DNA of 63,187 bases, counting the filler, from Salisapilia sapeloensis CBS 127946 (lineage: Eukaryota > Protista > Oomycota), in the NCBI GenBank assembly GCA_023334545.1. It is 17 parts of 17 records of this genome, joined end to end, with 100 filler letters (N's around TTAATTAATTAA, not from the genome) between each part and the next. Parts side by side here need not be neighbours in the genome. Positions count along the whole stretch, not along the records: positions 1 to 20,189 come from JAADVB010000301.1; 16 more parts are not named here. One strand, given 5' to 3'. Below the pieces are notes generated by a model. The model saw nothing but the letters and a program-made list of their open reading frames with translations. It was not told the origin of the DNA and did not search any database. Positions 1 through 11,893 of the stretch are shown here, piece by piece. Within the stretch, counting starts at the first letter, position 1. Every line of letters starts with the position of its first letter. The position numbers were made by a program, and so were the translations under genes.

Positions 1-128
1 GAGTCACATGCTTTGGACTTGCTACCTCGGCAAAGCAAACTCGGATGATGTGCTGCATTAGTCTTGTGACTCCTACTTGAAGCAGCATCCTCTAAGTTTC
101 TACACACACTGCAATCATCTTCCACAGA

Positions 129-1685
129 CTATTTGTGCCTGCCCTTAGATAAAGTTGTTAATGGTGTGGCAGCTCTGCACTCTTTCGTTGGATCCATGAA
201 GTTGCTGTCAGAGTTCTCTTTTTGTTTAACGTCTGGAGAAACAACGGGGGTGAAATATGCGAAAGGATATCGTTTTGCCAACGCTGCAAAAGGCGGTGGA
301 TCAATTTCGCAAGTAGAAGGCTTTGACTTATCAGGACCTGATAAAGTATGAAGACAGTCAGTCGTGCTGAAATGCTCACACTCGTTGAAGACTTTCTTGC
401 CGTCATGTTTGTCCTTGGGGTTTTGTAGCGTCTCTTGTGGTGCCACGGGTACTATCCCTTCACCTACTGTGTCCTCTTCTCGGACAGAATTGCTCCTACT
501 AGAGCTCAGTTTACTTGACGAGAGACTCGGTTGAGCATCTAAAGAAGATTTTACGTTTCCATCAACGACAAGTGGTAACTTGCCCAGTGGCTCAGTCGTA
601 GAAACCTGGAGGTTTCGATGAACGATCTTGCGTCGAACACCAGCAAGTCGAGAGGCCATTTTGATCTTCAAACTCGCCATGAGAATGAAATTATTCACAG
701 GTGTAAATGCTTCGTCGATATCCTTTTTCGTGACGACAACGTGTTCAGGTGCTTCGAGATAGATGGAGTCAATGCATGATTTGATCCATGAATGAGACTT
801 GATGTCTTCTATCGTCGCTCTTTTCTCTGGATCCTTTTCCAGCATCTTCTTTAACAGATCTAAGCTCTCTTCGTCCAGACCTTGATCAAATGAAGTTTCG
901 ATCGGATCTTCCCGAATGGAAGTCATGACTTCTGTCACGCTCTGATTCATTTGGCCGAAAGGAAGTTTCCCATTGTGAAGCAAAGCATACATGGTAACAC
1001 CAACTGCCCATATGTCCACTTTAAATGGATCAAATTCTTCTCCACTTGTGCATTCCGGTGCCTGGAAATGATAGGTGCCTTCTGTGCTCCGAATCCGCTT
1101 GCTAGGATTGTCGTCCAGCATATCTGCGACACCAAAGTCGGCTAGCTTACACGTTCCTTCCAGTGTTTGCAAAATGTTTTCTGGTTTGATGTCTCGATGG
1201 CAGATCTGGTTACTGTGTAGATACTCTAATCCGACGATCACATCTCGGATGCACATCTGGGCATGCGACCGCGACGTTTTCGTTATGAATTCATAGCAAA
1301 AATCCCGATTATTCCATTGCATGATCTGACCACCTTGTATAAGGTCTAGCACAAGGTACATCCTGTCGTTATTCGGGTTGTCAATGACTTCATGAAGCTT
1401 GATAAGATTGACATGATGAAGTTTCTTCATAATCGCCACCTCCTTTTGTACCTTTTGAAAAGCATTGCAAAGGACCATCTTGCCATTCACGCGCTTAAAC
1501 TCTCTCTTTCGTTTCAAAAAGGACTTGTTAAGCACCTTTAAAGCGTACTGATGTCCGTGCTCGTCTGAACATTGATAGACTTTCGAAAAGGTACCTTCAC
1601 CCAGAAACCCACCAACGACATAGTTATTGACTTGTCTCGGCATCCCATCGTCTGGTTCATCCGATAAAGATGCCTCGGTACTCAT
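129..1685 (-). CDS. Ser/Thr protein kinase, CaMKK/SAK1/GRIK (AMPK-upstream kinase) family
   Basis: 518-aa single-exon ORF with GFLGEGTFSKV, YALK, ICHRDIKPEN, LADFG and GTYHFQAPE motifs. Basic Arg/Lys-rich insert after subdomain II as in CaMKKs; Ser-rich C-tail. Confidence 0.85.
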   Translation of the reverse strand: MSTEASLSDEPDDGMPRQVNNYVVGGFLGEGTFSKVYQCSDEHGHQYALKVLNKSFLKRKREFKRVNGKMVLCNAFQKVQKEVAIMKKLHHVNLIKLHEVIDNPNNDRMYLVLDLIQGGQIMQWNNRDFCYEFITKTSRSHAQMCIRDVIVGLEYLHSNQICHRDIKPENILQTLEGTCKLADFGVADMLDDNPSKRIRSTEGTYHFQAPECTSGEEFDPFKVDIWAVGVTMYALLHNGKLPFGQMNQSVTEVMTSIREDPIETSFDQGLDEESLDLLKKMLEKDPEKRATIEDIKSHSWIKSCIDSIYLEAPEHVVVTKKDIDEAFTPVNNFILMASLKIKMASRLAGVRRKIVHRNLQVSTTEPLGKLPLVVDGNVKSSLDAQPSLSSSKLSSSRSNSVREEDTVGEGIVPVAPQETLQNPKDKHDGKKVFNECEHFSTTDCLHTLSGPDKSKPSTCEIDPPPFAALAKRYPFAYFTPVVSPDVKQKENSDSNFMDPTKECRAATPLTTLSKGRHK

Positions 1686-2355
1686 GGTCTAGCTTCCCTT
1701 TCAACTGACAAAGAACGCGAATGGATCGATGCAAAATGCTCTCGTCTATTGTCGACTTCGTGATCTTATTCCGCCTTACCAAACCTTATTCATCTGTTCT
1801 CATCTAAATTCTACATGCTATGCGACAACCTTCTACCTACTGATGCCAGTCAATTGCACACGTAAAAACTGGTCTCGAAGAGCATGCTCGACGCCATTCG
1901 CACCTCTTGAGGATATACGTTCGTGCAACCTACCTCTTTGACTTGTCGTTTGTATACCGCTCGAAGACACCAAGTGCTGAACACGTCGTACCACCGCGAC
2001 GCTGCCAAGCCTTCTCCTTCCATCCGTCTACTATCCTTTGTGTGCACACTAGGAGCTATCACACCTTCAGCATACAAAGGTATCTACTTGCATTGCTAGC
2101 AACAACGAAGAACTGTACGAGTTTCGAAAAAGAAGCGAGTCCAGTAGCTTTCTAGCTCGAAACGCTTTCTCCCTCACGCACTTTTCACCTCACGCTTTCT
2201 TCATCTTTGCATCTAGGACGTAACTTCTTCTTACATTTGCAAAGCACTTGTACCTCGTCTACGAGTAATATCATACCTTATATCGCGTCGATCGTCATAG
2301 CGATCAAACAACTCGATTGAAAAACTTGGAAAAAAGAGGCCAGCTTAAAGACGGC

Positions 2356-5300
2356 ATGCACGAGCAGGAAAATGACAGGCGTGAAGGCTCAAGCCAGCGC
2401 AGTTATACGACGTCATCTGCAGCATCATCTGCACCAACGATGAGCGACTCGAACATGTCTCCGTCCTTTCGAGCCTTCCTTGTCGATGACATGCCTTCCC
2501 AACGCAAGTCTCGAAATCCATCGCAGGATGCCATGACGAACTTTGCAAACTACAGCTTTGGACAGATACCGACTGCAATGCCTCCGGACGTCCAGTCCAG
2601 TCGCATGGCACGATCCAGGACCATCAGTCGAGACGACGAAATTCCTGTGCTACAAGCAGGTCGAGGGACATTCGGATCCGAGACAGATTCCGATGAAGGC
2701 GAGAATCCGATGCTCCTTCGAAATATATCTGGTGATCGACGACCACATCCGCGCATGCGTGGCGACAGTGCTCAAGCGAATTTAGATAACGACTTGCATC
2801 GTATCTCGCCGTCGCTCATCATGGGCGACGCTGCAGGTGATTTAGAAAACATTGCTCTTTTGCAAACACCAGAAGACGCTCGAGCGAACGCATTTAAAAT
2901 CGATAAAAAGAAATCGACAGTCTCGATGAAAAGCAGTCGCCTCGGTACGTCGGCCGACGGACCGTCCACTTCTGCCCATCTTTTACACCGGATGAAGTCT
3001 AGCGGACGGCAGATGTTTGGGTCGGACGTAGGCTCCTCAACGATCCCTCCGATCATTGCGAACGGTCCATCCGTCTCTCGATCTCGTAATTCTACTATCG
3101 ACTCATCCATCCTCAGTACTACACAAGACGAATCGAGTTATGGACAAAAGAGCATGATATCGAGTCACTCTGACGCTCAGATCGATCGAAAGCTGATTCA
3201 GTGTGGCTGGTTGAACAAACAATCGGACGTTTGGAAAGCTTGGAAACGACGTTTCTTCGTCTTAATCAAACGTACGAATGCTCAGACAGGAGAGTACACT
3301 GCTTCGTTACAGTACTACAAAGGTAGTAACTATGAAAAGCTACGTGGTGAGATTAACTTAAAAGACGGACCGTTGCGTGTACGTTTCGTCGATGCGTCGA
3401 TTACAAAGAAACCTTATTGCTTTGAAATTGCACGCGGTGATATCTCATTCGTATGTCAAGGCAAGAGCGATGAAGACGTTAGTGCGTGGGTTTTACATCT
3501 ACAGACACTCGCAGGTAACCGTACGAATGACGTCGTACCATCCACTACAGCATCCATCCGTACGTCCGTCATGCGCATGTCGACTTTATCCTCCGGTATG
3601 GACGATCGAAACATTCGTATCGTTGCTGAATTACGTCGTATCTTACATACGCCCAAGATGCCAGAAGCGACACAAGTGCGTGACTTTATTAAATCCTTTG
3701 ATGCACGTGCTATCGATGCCATGCGTTCTTTCCATGACTTTCAACAGTCTCTCACGCATGAAGTCATGAATGCACATGGCGATCGTATATTACATCTCCT
3801 CGAAGCATCCGGCACTTCTGTTCTTGATGATCCGCCGTCGCTTGAAACCGTTCGTATGACGATAGCGAGGCACATTGAAGAGCTCCTTTATCTCCCTCTC
3901 CAAGAGCAGATCGAGAATCAACTACGACGAACGTATCAGGAAGATGAAGCAGCGATTAGTCGCAAGGTACGATGGCTGCAAGGGAAAGATCAGACGTACT
4001 TTAACATCCCGTTGGAACATATCTCGAATAAAGAATGGCGTCGTCCTTCAAAGACACTAGCTCAAGTCACACGCGTGACACTCCCGTCGGCCAAGTACGA
4101 CGTCCTCGTCACAGCATTGCAGTCCATCCAATCGACGTACGCCGAAGAGCATGCACAACAAGAAGAACCGGTGCAACCGCTTACGACAGAAGAGATGCAG
4201 CCAATCTTTACCTACGTCCTATCGAACAGCGCGTTAGAGAATCTCTTGTCCCTTCGTGTGATACTAGCTGAGCTCAACGGCTCCTACGCGGCAGACGCAG
4301 CGCTTGATGACGGCACGGCGCTCAAGCTCTTCACAGGTGCCGTCGAGTACATCAGCAGTGTCACGATCCCTGCGGTCCTCGAAGACATCTTCAAAGACCA
4401 GACGACAGTCACGATCGATGGCAGCTGGAGGAAACTCATGGACTTTGAGCCAGAGTCGACGTATCGCTACGGTGCTGTCATCGATACGATCTCGGCGCAT
4501 GGATTGACGGCTGTAGGTAGTAATATAGCACGTGGCCATGTCCTTGTGACTGTAAACGGCCTGAACGTTGTCCTTTGGCCTTTCAACGCCATCCAAGCAC
4601 TTCTCCAAGCCTCTTGTCCTCCCCATCGTCTCGCTTTCATTCGCAACGTCACGTACTTTCGTATCCTATCGATGAACAAGTCGCTCTGGAACGTCGCACT
4701 CATGCACGCTTGTCAACGTGGTGACTTGGGTAGCGTCCAAATGCTTCTCGCGAACGGAGCGGACGTGAACTACGTTGCGCACGAGTGTTATGGCAATACA
4801 CCTCTCCACGTCGCCGTGAGTGCGAAGCACTATCGTGTCGTATCTTTCCTCTTACAACATGGAGCTATGGTCCGGACACTTGGCGAGCACGATCGTAACG
4901 TCCTTCATTTCCTCGGCTCACAATGTACCTTGCCGACGCAGATGGCAACGTCTCCATCTGACCTTGCAGCAGGACAAATCGCGCAGTTGTTAGATGCAGA
5001 CAAGCAAGGCTTATCGACTGTCGAGCGTGTCGTCATGATCATACGAAAGCTCCTTGCGTACAATACGCCGACACAGACGGTGGATGTGTATGGCTACACG
5101 CCGTTGATGCTCGTAGCTGCGAAAGGGTACATTGATGCTGTGGACATGATCGTCGAGTCGACGGAAGGACAGATCGATCTGGATGCACGTAGTTGGCAAA
5201 GAGGCATGAGCGCCTTGACATTAGCTGCTCAAGGCGGTCATGTCGAAGTCGTCGAAGCGCTGCTGGATTACGGTGCGGACGTCGATAACGCGACGTTATA

Positions 5301-7433
5301 TGGCGAGACAGCGATTCACTTTGCTGCTGCACTTGCGTCGGAAGAGCTCGTGAAGCTCTTGATTGATCACGGGTGTGAGATTGATGCCAAGACAAGAGAA
5401 GGAGTAACGCCATTGATGGTGGCTGCTGGGAAAGGGCTGGACATTGGCAAGACAGATGAGGATACTGCTTCCTCCCGTCTAGATGATACGCGTTTGATGC
5501 GGACGATCGACATATTGCTCCAGTCTGGAGTCGATCAAGACCTTGTATGCAAGCAGTACAGATGTGCACTGCACTATGCGTCCATGTACGGAGGTGCGAA
5601 TGTCTTTGATCATCTCCGGACGTACTATAACAACGGATCGGAAGAGCACATGCGGGATCTACATGGCAAATCAGCTGCTTCAGTGGAAGAGCCGCTGACG
5701 TCATGTGAGCAGCAGGCAGAACAGGCAGAAGATAGTGACGATGATGATGAAGATGATGAACGAGAGGAAAGACCATCGGATATTGCTGTGCTGCTAAGTG
5801 CGCCGCAAGACCCAGAGAGCGGCGTGACTTTGTCAGAGGAATTGGCGACGGAGAAACATGAAGGAGACATCGAGGTGATTGCCGGTACGTTTTCTGCCAT
5901 TGCCGATACGCTCATGCGATACGAACGCTATCGTGTTGAAGATGTCGATGCACTCGTGTGGTACTGTCAGTACGCTCAATGCTATCAAGACATGCTCGTC
6001 TTCCTCCAGTCTTTACTCACTCGTCACGCTGACACAACGAGACTCATTTACATTCGTCGAATGGTACTCGATGTCGTTGATAAACTCGTCGAAACGATTC
6101 AGCATCAAGTCGTAAGTGACCCGGACGTTGTAGCATCAATTGGATCCTTCTCTCGCGAACTATTTCCATTCGTGATTAAGGATGATCCTCAATGTGCCCA
6201 ATGGCTCAGTTCGTCATTACTTCCTCATTTTCTAGAAGCCTGTCGTTCCGATGTGATGCGTGACTTTCAAGTGCTTTCGTTCTGTGATGATCAGTATAGC
6301 ATGTTAATCGACTACTTGTCATATGCGCGACAGAAAGATCCGAACATGTCGTTCGTTAGTGACGAAACCTTTGCCTCTGGATCCCGACAGACGAGATTAA
6401 GGCGGCAACGATCGTTGGCTCGGAATAATAGTGTCGCGCAGAATGGAGCGTCGAAGCGTAGTGAGTCGAGCACGAAATTCGATCGGAATGGTCGAGCGGT
6501 GTTCTTGAGCATTGATCCGAACGTCCTTGCGCATCAAATTACGTTGCTACAACACTTTTTGTTCAGCAAATTAAAGGCGTCGGAGGTGCTCGTGATGAAG
6601 AAGAGTGCGACGGGTACGCCTGCGTACGACCGACTGCGAATGCTGCATAATCGCATCTCGATGTGGGTCGTCGGTCAGATCCTCCTAGGCGACGATCCAG
6701 ATCAGCGAGCGGAAACACTTGCTCACTTTATCAAGGTGACTTACTGACACATTCTTCTGCTTTGACGTTGTTTCATCCATATTTCCTTGTAGATTGCTGG
6801 TGCGTTGCTATCTCCTCTACAGAATTTAGACGGGTTCATGGCTGTCATGAACGCCACGAATGATTCGTCGATCTTTCGACTGAAGAAGACGTGGAATCGA
6901 TTGAGTGCACAGAGTCGAAACGAATGGCATGATCTGAAAAAGTATACCGAGAACGGCGCGAGGTACTGTTTCCTCATTCTACGGGACGTCGCATAGAACT
7001 AAAGGCTTATTGTATGATGCTATAGACCACTGAACAAACTGACCAAGGAAGGATCACCGCCGCTTATTCCGTACATGGGTCTCGTGCTGCAGAATATGGT
7101 TGCTGTCCATGAATTCCCAGATCGTGTCCAAGGAAACTTGATCAACTTTAAAAAAGTAAGACCGACAGGTTTCTAGACGAAGAGCCTGCTTACTTAAGAT
7201 ACATGCTAGATCCGATTCATTGGCGAGTTAGTCCGAAGGCTCATGCGCTTCCAAAAAGTGCCGTATCTACTCCCACTGGACAAGCGTATTATGGTAATTT
7301 TGCATCCCTTAATCATCTACCTGCATATACTCATACGCTACTATAGGACGTCATTTGTGCACCATTGAATCTCCCTTCTCCAGAGGCTTGCTTTGCACGA
7401 TCATTGCATCTAGAACCTCGACCAAATGCATGA
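2356..7433 (+). CDS. Multidomain GEF: PH - VPS9-like - PDZ-like - ankyrin repeats - RasGEF (CDC25)
   Basis: Exons 2356-6735, 6793-6962, 7026-7155, 7210-7293, 7347-7433 join in frame through GT-AG introns. PH: CGWLNKQSDVWKAWKRRFFVL. Ankyrin: TPLHVAV, TPLMLVA, TAIHFAA. RasGEF: QNLDGFMAVMNA..SSIFRLKKTW, PPLIPYMG, LINFKK, SLHLEPR. Confidence 0.85.
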
Positions 7434-7594
7434 GACTTGCAACTAGTGTCATCTGTACACGATGCTCGAATGCACGAGCAAAGATAAAGATCGGAGCAGC
7501 TCAAGTAGTTGTAGAACGTGATACTTTTGCTTAGCTCCAGAGAACGTAATTCTATTCATGACGAAAGAGAAAAGCTTTGTCCATTGCCGTTGTT

Positions 7595-10296
7595 TCAAAA
7601 ATCTTCTGGAGCTAATAAACCTCCCTTCTTCCCACGTCCTCGACCTCGGCCTCGTCCTCGACCTCTTCCACGTCCATGACCACGCTTCGTCAGCTCAATG
7701 TGCTTCATCCGACCACGCTTGAGCTCCGTCAAGTTGTTTAGAAAGTCATCACACAGTAGACATCCTTCGTACGTCGTGGTTCCATCTTTCAACGGTGACT
7801 TGTCCTTGTGGAACTCTACCTTTAGAGGCGTCGACCCACATGTATCACAGCTTTCATCAGACAGAGGCGTGATGTTGTGCAATGGTGTCGTGGACGTTTG
7901 AAACTTGACTAGTAGATTGCATGTGTTACATGCCAATTTCCAGTTCGGTTTACTCGTAACGTCCAGGACCATCGTGCCTTGACATACTTTCGTCTCTTCC
8001 TTCCCATCGTCTTCTCCAGGACAAGGAATGACCCCATTCTTGGTTAGTGAGTGCTTACACGTTGGATGGAGACACTGGTCACATCCCATCTTTCCATCGA
8101 CATTCTCAAACGGAGGATAGTTATAGCAGTAGGGACATAATGGATACGACTTGCCCATCGCCTTGGCCGAGTTACCAAGTGAAAACAAGACGAGTTCGAA
8201 CTGATCTAATGGACACTTGAGCTCCTTGTAGAGCTTGATCGTACCGTTCTGAGGTAACCCATACGTCTCGTTACAAGTAGGACAATGGAGACGTTGTGGC
8301 TTGAGCTTGACGTACTTCATGTACCGAAGACACTTGCCACACTTGGCAAGCGGTTTACCAGTCGCAGCAAGTGGAGAGAAAGTTGCCTCGAAGAGCGCAT
8401 CCATGAAGGCAATCTTGTCGGTAAAGTAACGAAACTTCTTTTCGAACAAACTAAGCGAATGCTTCAAGACATCCGTCTTAGATGCTTTCCCCTGCGCAAT
8501 CAATGTACATTGCTCTTCAATTGCAGCTCGAACACGAGGAAGCACGAGCTCCGGGTCCACTTGTTGATACCCATGCACGAGGACAATGCCTAATGCTGTC
8601 GGTACGAGCGTTCGACCGGATGACAGCTGGACGTAATTACGTTCACAAATGTTATTAATATGCGTCGGAATAGAAGCATCGGTACCAATGCCTCGTTTCT
8701 CCATGAGTCCAATCAACTCGGATTCGGTCAAGTACCCTGGAGGACTCGTCTTTCCAGCTCGAACGTTTAGTGATTTTAGCGGCAGTAACTCTCCTTCTGT
8801 AAAGCCAGGCAACGATGTATCGCTCAGCGTTTGAGACGTCAGTACTTCTGTAAACCCTTTCGACAGAACCTGATGACCGGAAACACTGAATCTTTCTCCA
8901 CCGCATCCGAACATCACTTTAGTCGCGAGTAGCTTTGCATCGGAAGAGACGGTAGCGATAAAGTAGCGAGCGATGAATTCATACAGACGATCCATATCGC
9001 CTGACAAGTCACCAGGCTGAGGTGTCCGCACTGGTGTAATAGGCGGATGGTCACCGACGTCTACACCTTTCTTCGGCCGGTTGAAACCTGCCTGCAATAG
9101 ACGTTGGACGTATGGACCCCAGTATGGGTTCGCCGTATGATGCGCAAGAGTAGACCGGATGTCGTAGCTCTCCGGATACGCCGTGCTCTCCGTTCGAGGG
9201 TACGAGATGAATCCCTGCAAGTAGAGCCTTTCGGCTATCTGCATCGTCGTAAAAGGACCCATGGCAAGAGACTTGGAAGCATGCTGCAGCAACGCTACAG
9301 TATTCAATGGCGTAGGACGAGTGCGACTTGTATTGGACTCTTTCACAGACAACACTTCGGCCATACCAGCCTCTGCGACGACACTATGGAAGGTATATGC
9401 AGCTTCTTGATCAAATAATCTAGAACGCTCCCACTCGGGACGTACGGTATGTCCATCTTTACTCAACTCTATATCCAGCGTCCAGAAAGATTCTGGCTGG
9501 AATTGCTGGATTTCGTCATGTCGATCGACACAGAAGCCAAGCGTTGGTGTCTGACAAGGACCGTAGGATACAAGCTTGGAGTCTAGATCGCCATAGCGGC
9601 CTTGGAAGTATCTAGTCTGGAAACGAGAGAATGCGACGCCGACCTTTAAATCTAATTCTTGCCGAGCATCCACTGACAAGGATTCCTATTTCAGAAATGA
9701 GACTTTTGCTAAAGAGTTTGTGATACATCGTTGTGTTACATTTTCATCGGGCTCGACCAGAGACTTGATAGCCTTTTTAATGTCACTCGGATTCACTGCA
9801 GAGAACTTGGCACGCTTGATGAGAGGCTCACCGTTGGCTTGTTTCTTCATCCGAGGCTTCACGCATTCTATCGTTTCGAAGCATATATTTTCACCTTCGC
9901 GATCACAATCCAGCCATAGGACTAGAGCATCGACATTCTTCCCTTCCGTCTGCAGTTGCCTGTATTCAGATTATCTTCGTATCGAATCGAATGGAAATGA
10001 TACATATATATCTACCTAAAGACGCCATTAGACTCCAATTTCTTCACCGTTCGAGCCGAGAAGAGATCTTGCGGATCCACGGTATCCCAATTCGAATATT
10101 CCGGTGGGAAATCGCAAGAATACATGTGACCGGTCACGGACGTCACTTTAAATGTACATGGCGAGCCCTGGAATTCACCTGGAAACTCATGAATAGGTGT
10201 CTTCCCACTGCGTGGCTTATAAGGTGACGTTGCCAGTGCCTTTGCAATTGCATCAGCAATGCTAGGCTTCTCAGCTACCATCAGCACGGTCTTCAT
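7595..10296 (-). CDS. TOP3B: DNA topoisomerase III beta (type IA)
   Basis: Exons 10296-10016, 9959-9740, 9685-7595. Toprim MKTVLMVAEKPS and LWLDCDREGENI; catalytic ISYPRTES; C-terminal Cys4 zinc ribbons; RGRGRG tail. Confidence 0.95.
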
Positions 10297-10620
10297 GACT
10301 AGATCACCTCCTGGTCCGATGTACGATTGACCTCACCACCAAAACTCATACTCTCATATCTAGCCACTTTATCTTGTAAAATACTAACAACAAACATTTA
10401 CCATATAAATAAACGCATTTGTAATTCAAGATATTGCAAATATAGCCGATTTAAACAAATTAACAAGAGTAGAAACGAAATGATGCAATAAAACGTATCC
10501 CAGGAAGGCTAGAAAACGAAATAATTGGATGCAAAAGCCTTGTTCCTGTTTATCTTCTATGGACGGCCTAGAGGCTCAACGCAGACGCAGCTACACTCTT
10601 CTGTTACCATATCATCCGTA

Positions 10621-11787
10621 TTAATGACTATATAATAACATACTGATTTCAGCAAGGTCCGACGATGCCGAGTTGGTATAGTGTCCATGAATGTAGTCCA
10701 ATGCAAACTTTTGCACACGCTCATTTAGTTCCGCATCCTCCGGATCCGATTTTTGAATCTTCTGCGCTGATATCGCTTTCGTGCACACGACTAGACCAAA
10801 GTATGCTCTCAGGTTATTCGTCTTATTGATCGAAATCGAATGCGAGTAGTGCTTCCTCGCAGCACGTAGATTCGCTAATCCACCCAACGTCGTGTAGATC
10901 TAGAGACAAAAAACACGTCACTTAAGATCCTTATGCAGCTATAGACTAGACATACGTCAGCGAGACGACAGTGGAAGATGGCGTCCATAGGAGTGAGCAG
11001 CACGAGCTCTTCGAAGCAGAACGCAGCGTAGCGATATGCACCAGTCGAGAGATAAAGCTCACCCAATTCAGTCCACTAGCACCACATCTGTCAAGTAATA
11101 TCGACTTGTACAATTGAAAAGCTACATACAGCAGCTGCATCCGTCTGGAAGGTCTTTAGGAGCTCATTAAGCGCTGCGATAGCGTCTTGCGTTCGGTCTT
11201 GGGCTTTTAAGATTGCAACTTTACGCTTCATCGCGAGCATATTGGCCGGATTCTCTTCCAATAGCTTGTTGTACACTGCCTCAGCTTTCGCGAATTCGCC
11301 CTTTTGCTCCTATATGGTGCTACGTAAGACATGGTAGGAGGTCTCCAGGCGTACAAGACGAACCAATTGGGTGCCTTCGAGACGAGCGACACGAGTACTG
11401 TTAGGGAACTTGTCCTGGAGAGCCTACGAGTAGATTGAATGATGATAAGCTATGCTAGAAGACACGAGTCGAGTGACTACCTTGAGGCATTTGCCACTAA
11501 GAGCGTCGTCATGGGTATCCAGTGCGGCTAGAAAGACCTGTTCATAGATCGTCCACACTAGACAATTCCCATAAAGCGTTAAGCTACTCCAATAACTGTA
11601 CAAGGAGATAGAGCACACCTTCGTCGCCGAGTCGCCACGAGTACTTGTCTAACAAAGTTTGACCGAACTTGACCGTGACATTCGATGCACGGATCTTGTC
11701 CTTTCGGATTTGCTTTAACAAGTCTTTGATAGCATCATACGACTTGGTATCCTCCGCGAACGATAGCTTTTGCTCATAGATCGACAT
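10621..11787 (-). CDS. EMC2: ER membrane protein complex subunit 2 (TPR protein)
   Basis: Multi-exon. Segments WTIYEQVFLAALD, FPNSTRVARLEG, YNKLLEENPAN..AMKRKVAILKAQ, WTELGELY, AAFCFEELVL, LANLRAARKHYSHS and NLRAYFGL match EMC2/TTC35. The last exon boundary is uncertain. Confidence 0.85.
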
Positions 11788-11893
11788 GTCCTCCCTTATC
11801 TCGTGTCCGGAATGAGGAGTCTTGCATACAAAAATATATACTCTCGTACAAGTACGATCATATTACTTGGAGCATAAGTACGAGTACTCGATT

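Noticed and set aside
8871-8890. CTGATGA-CCG-GAAAC hammerhead-like core
   Set aside because: Stem II is too short, stems I and III are absent, and it lies antisense within TOP3B coding sequence.
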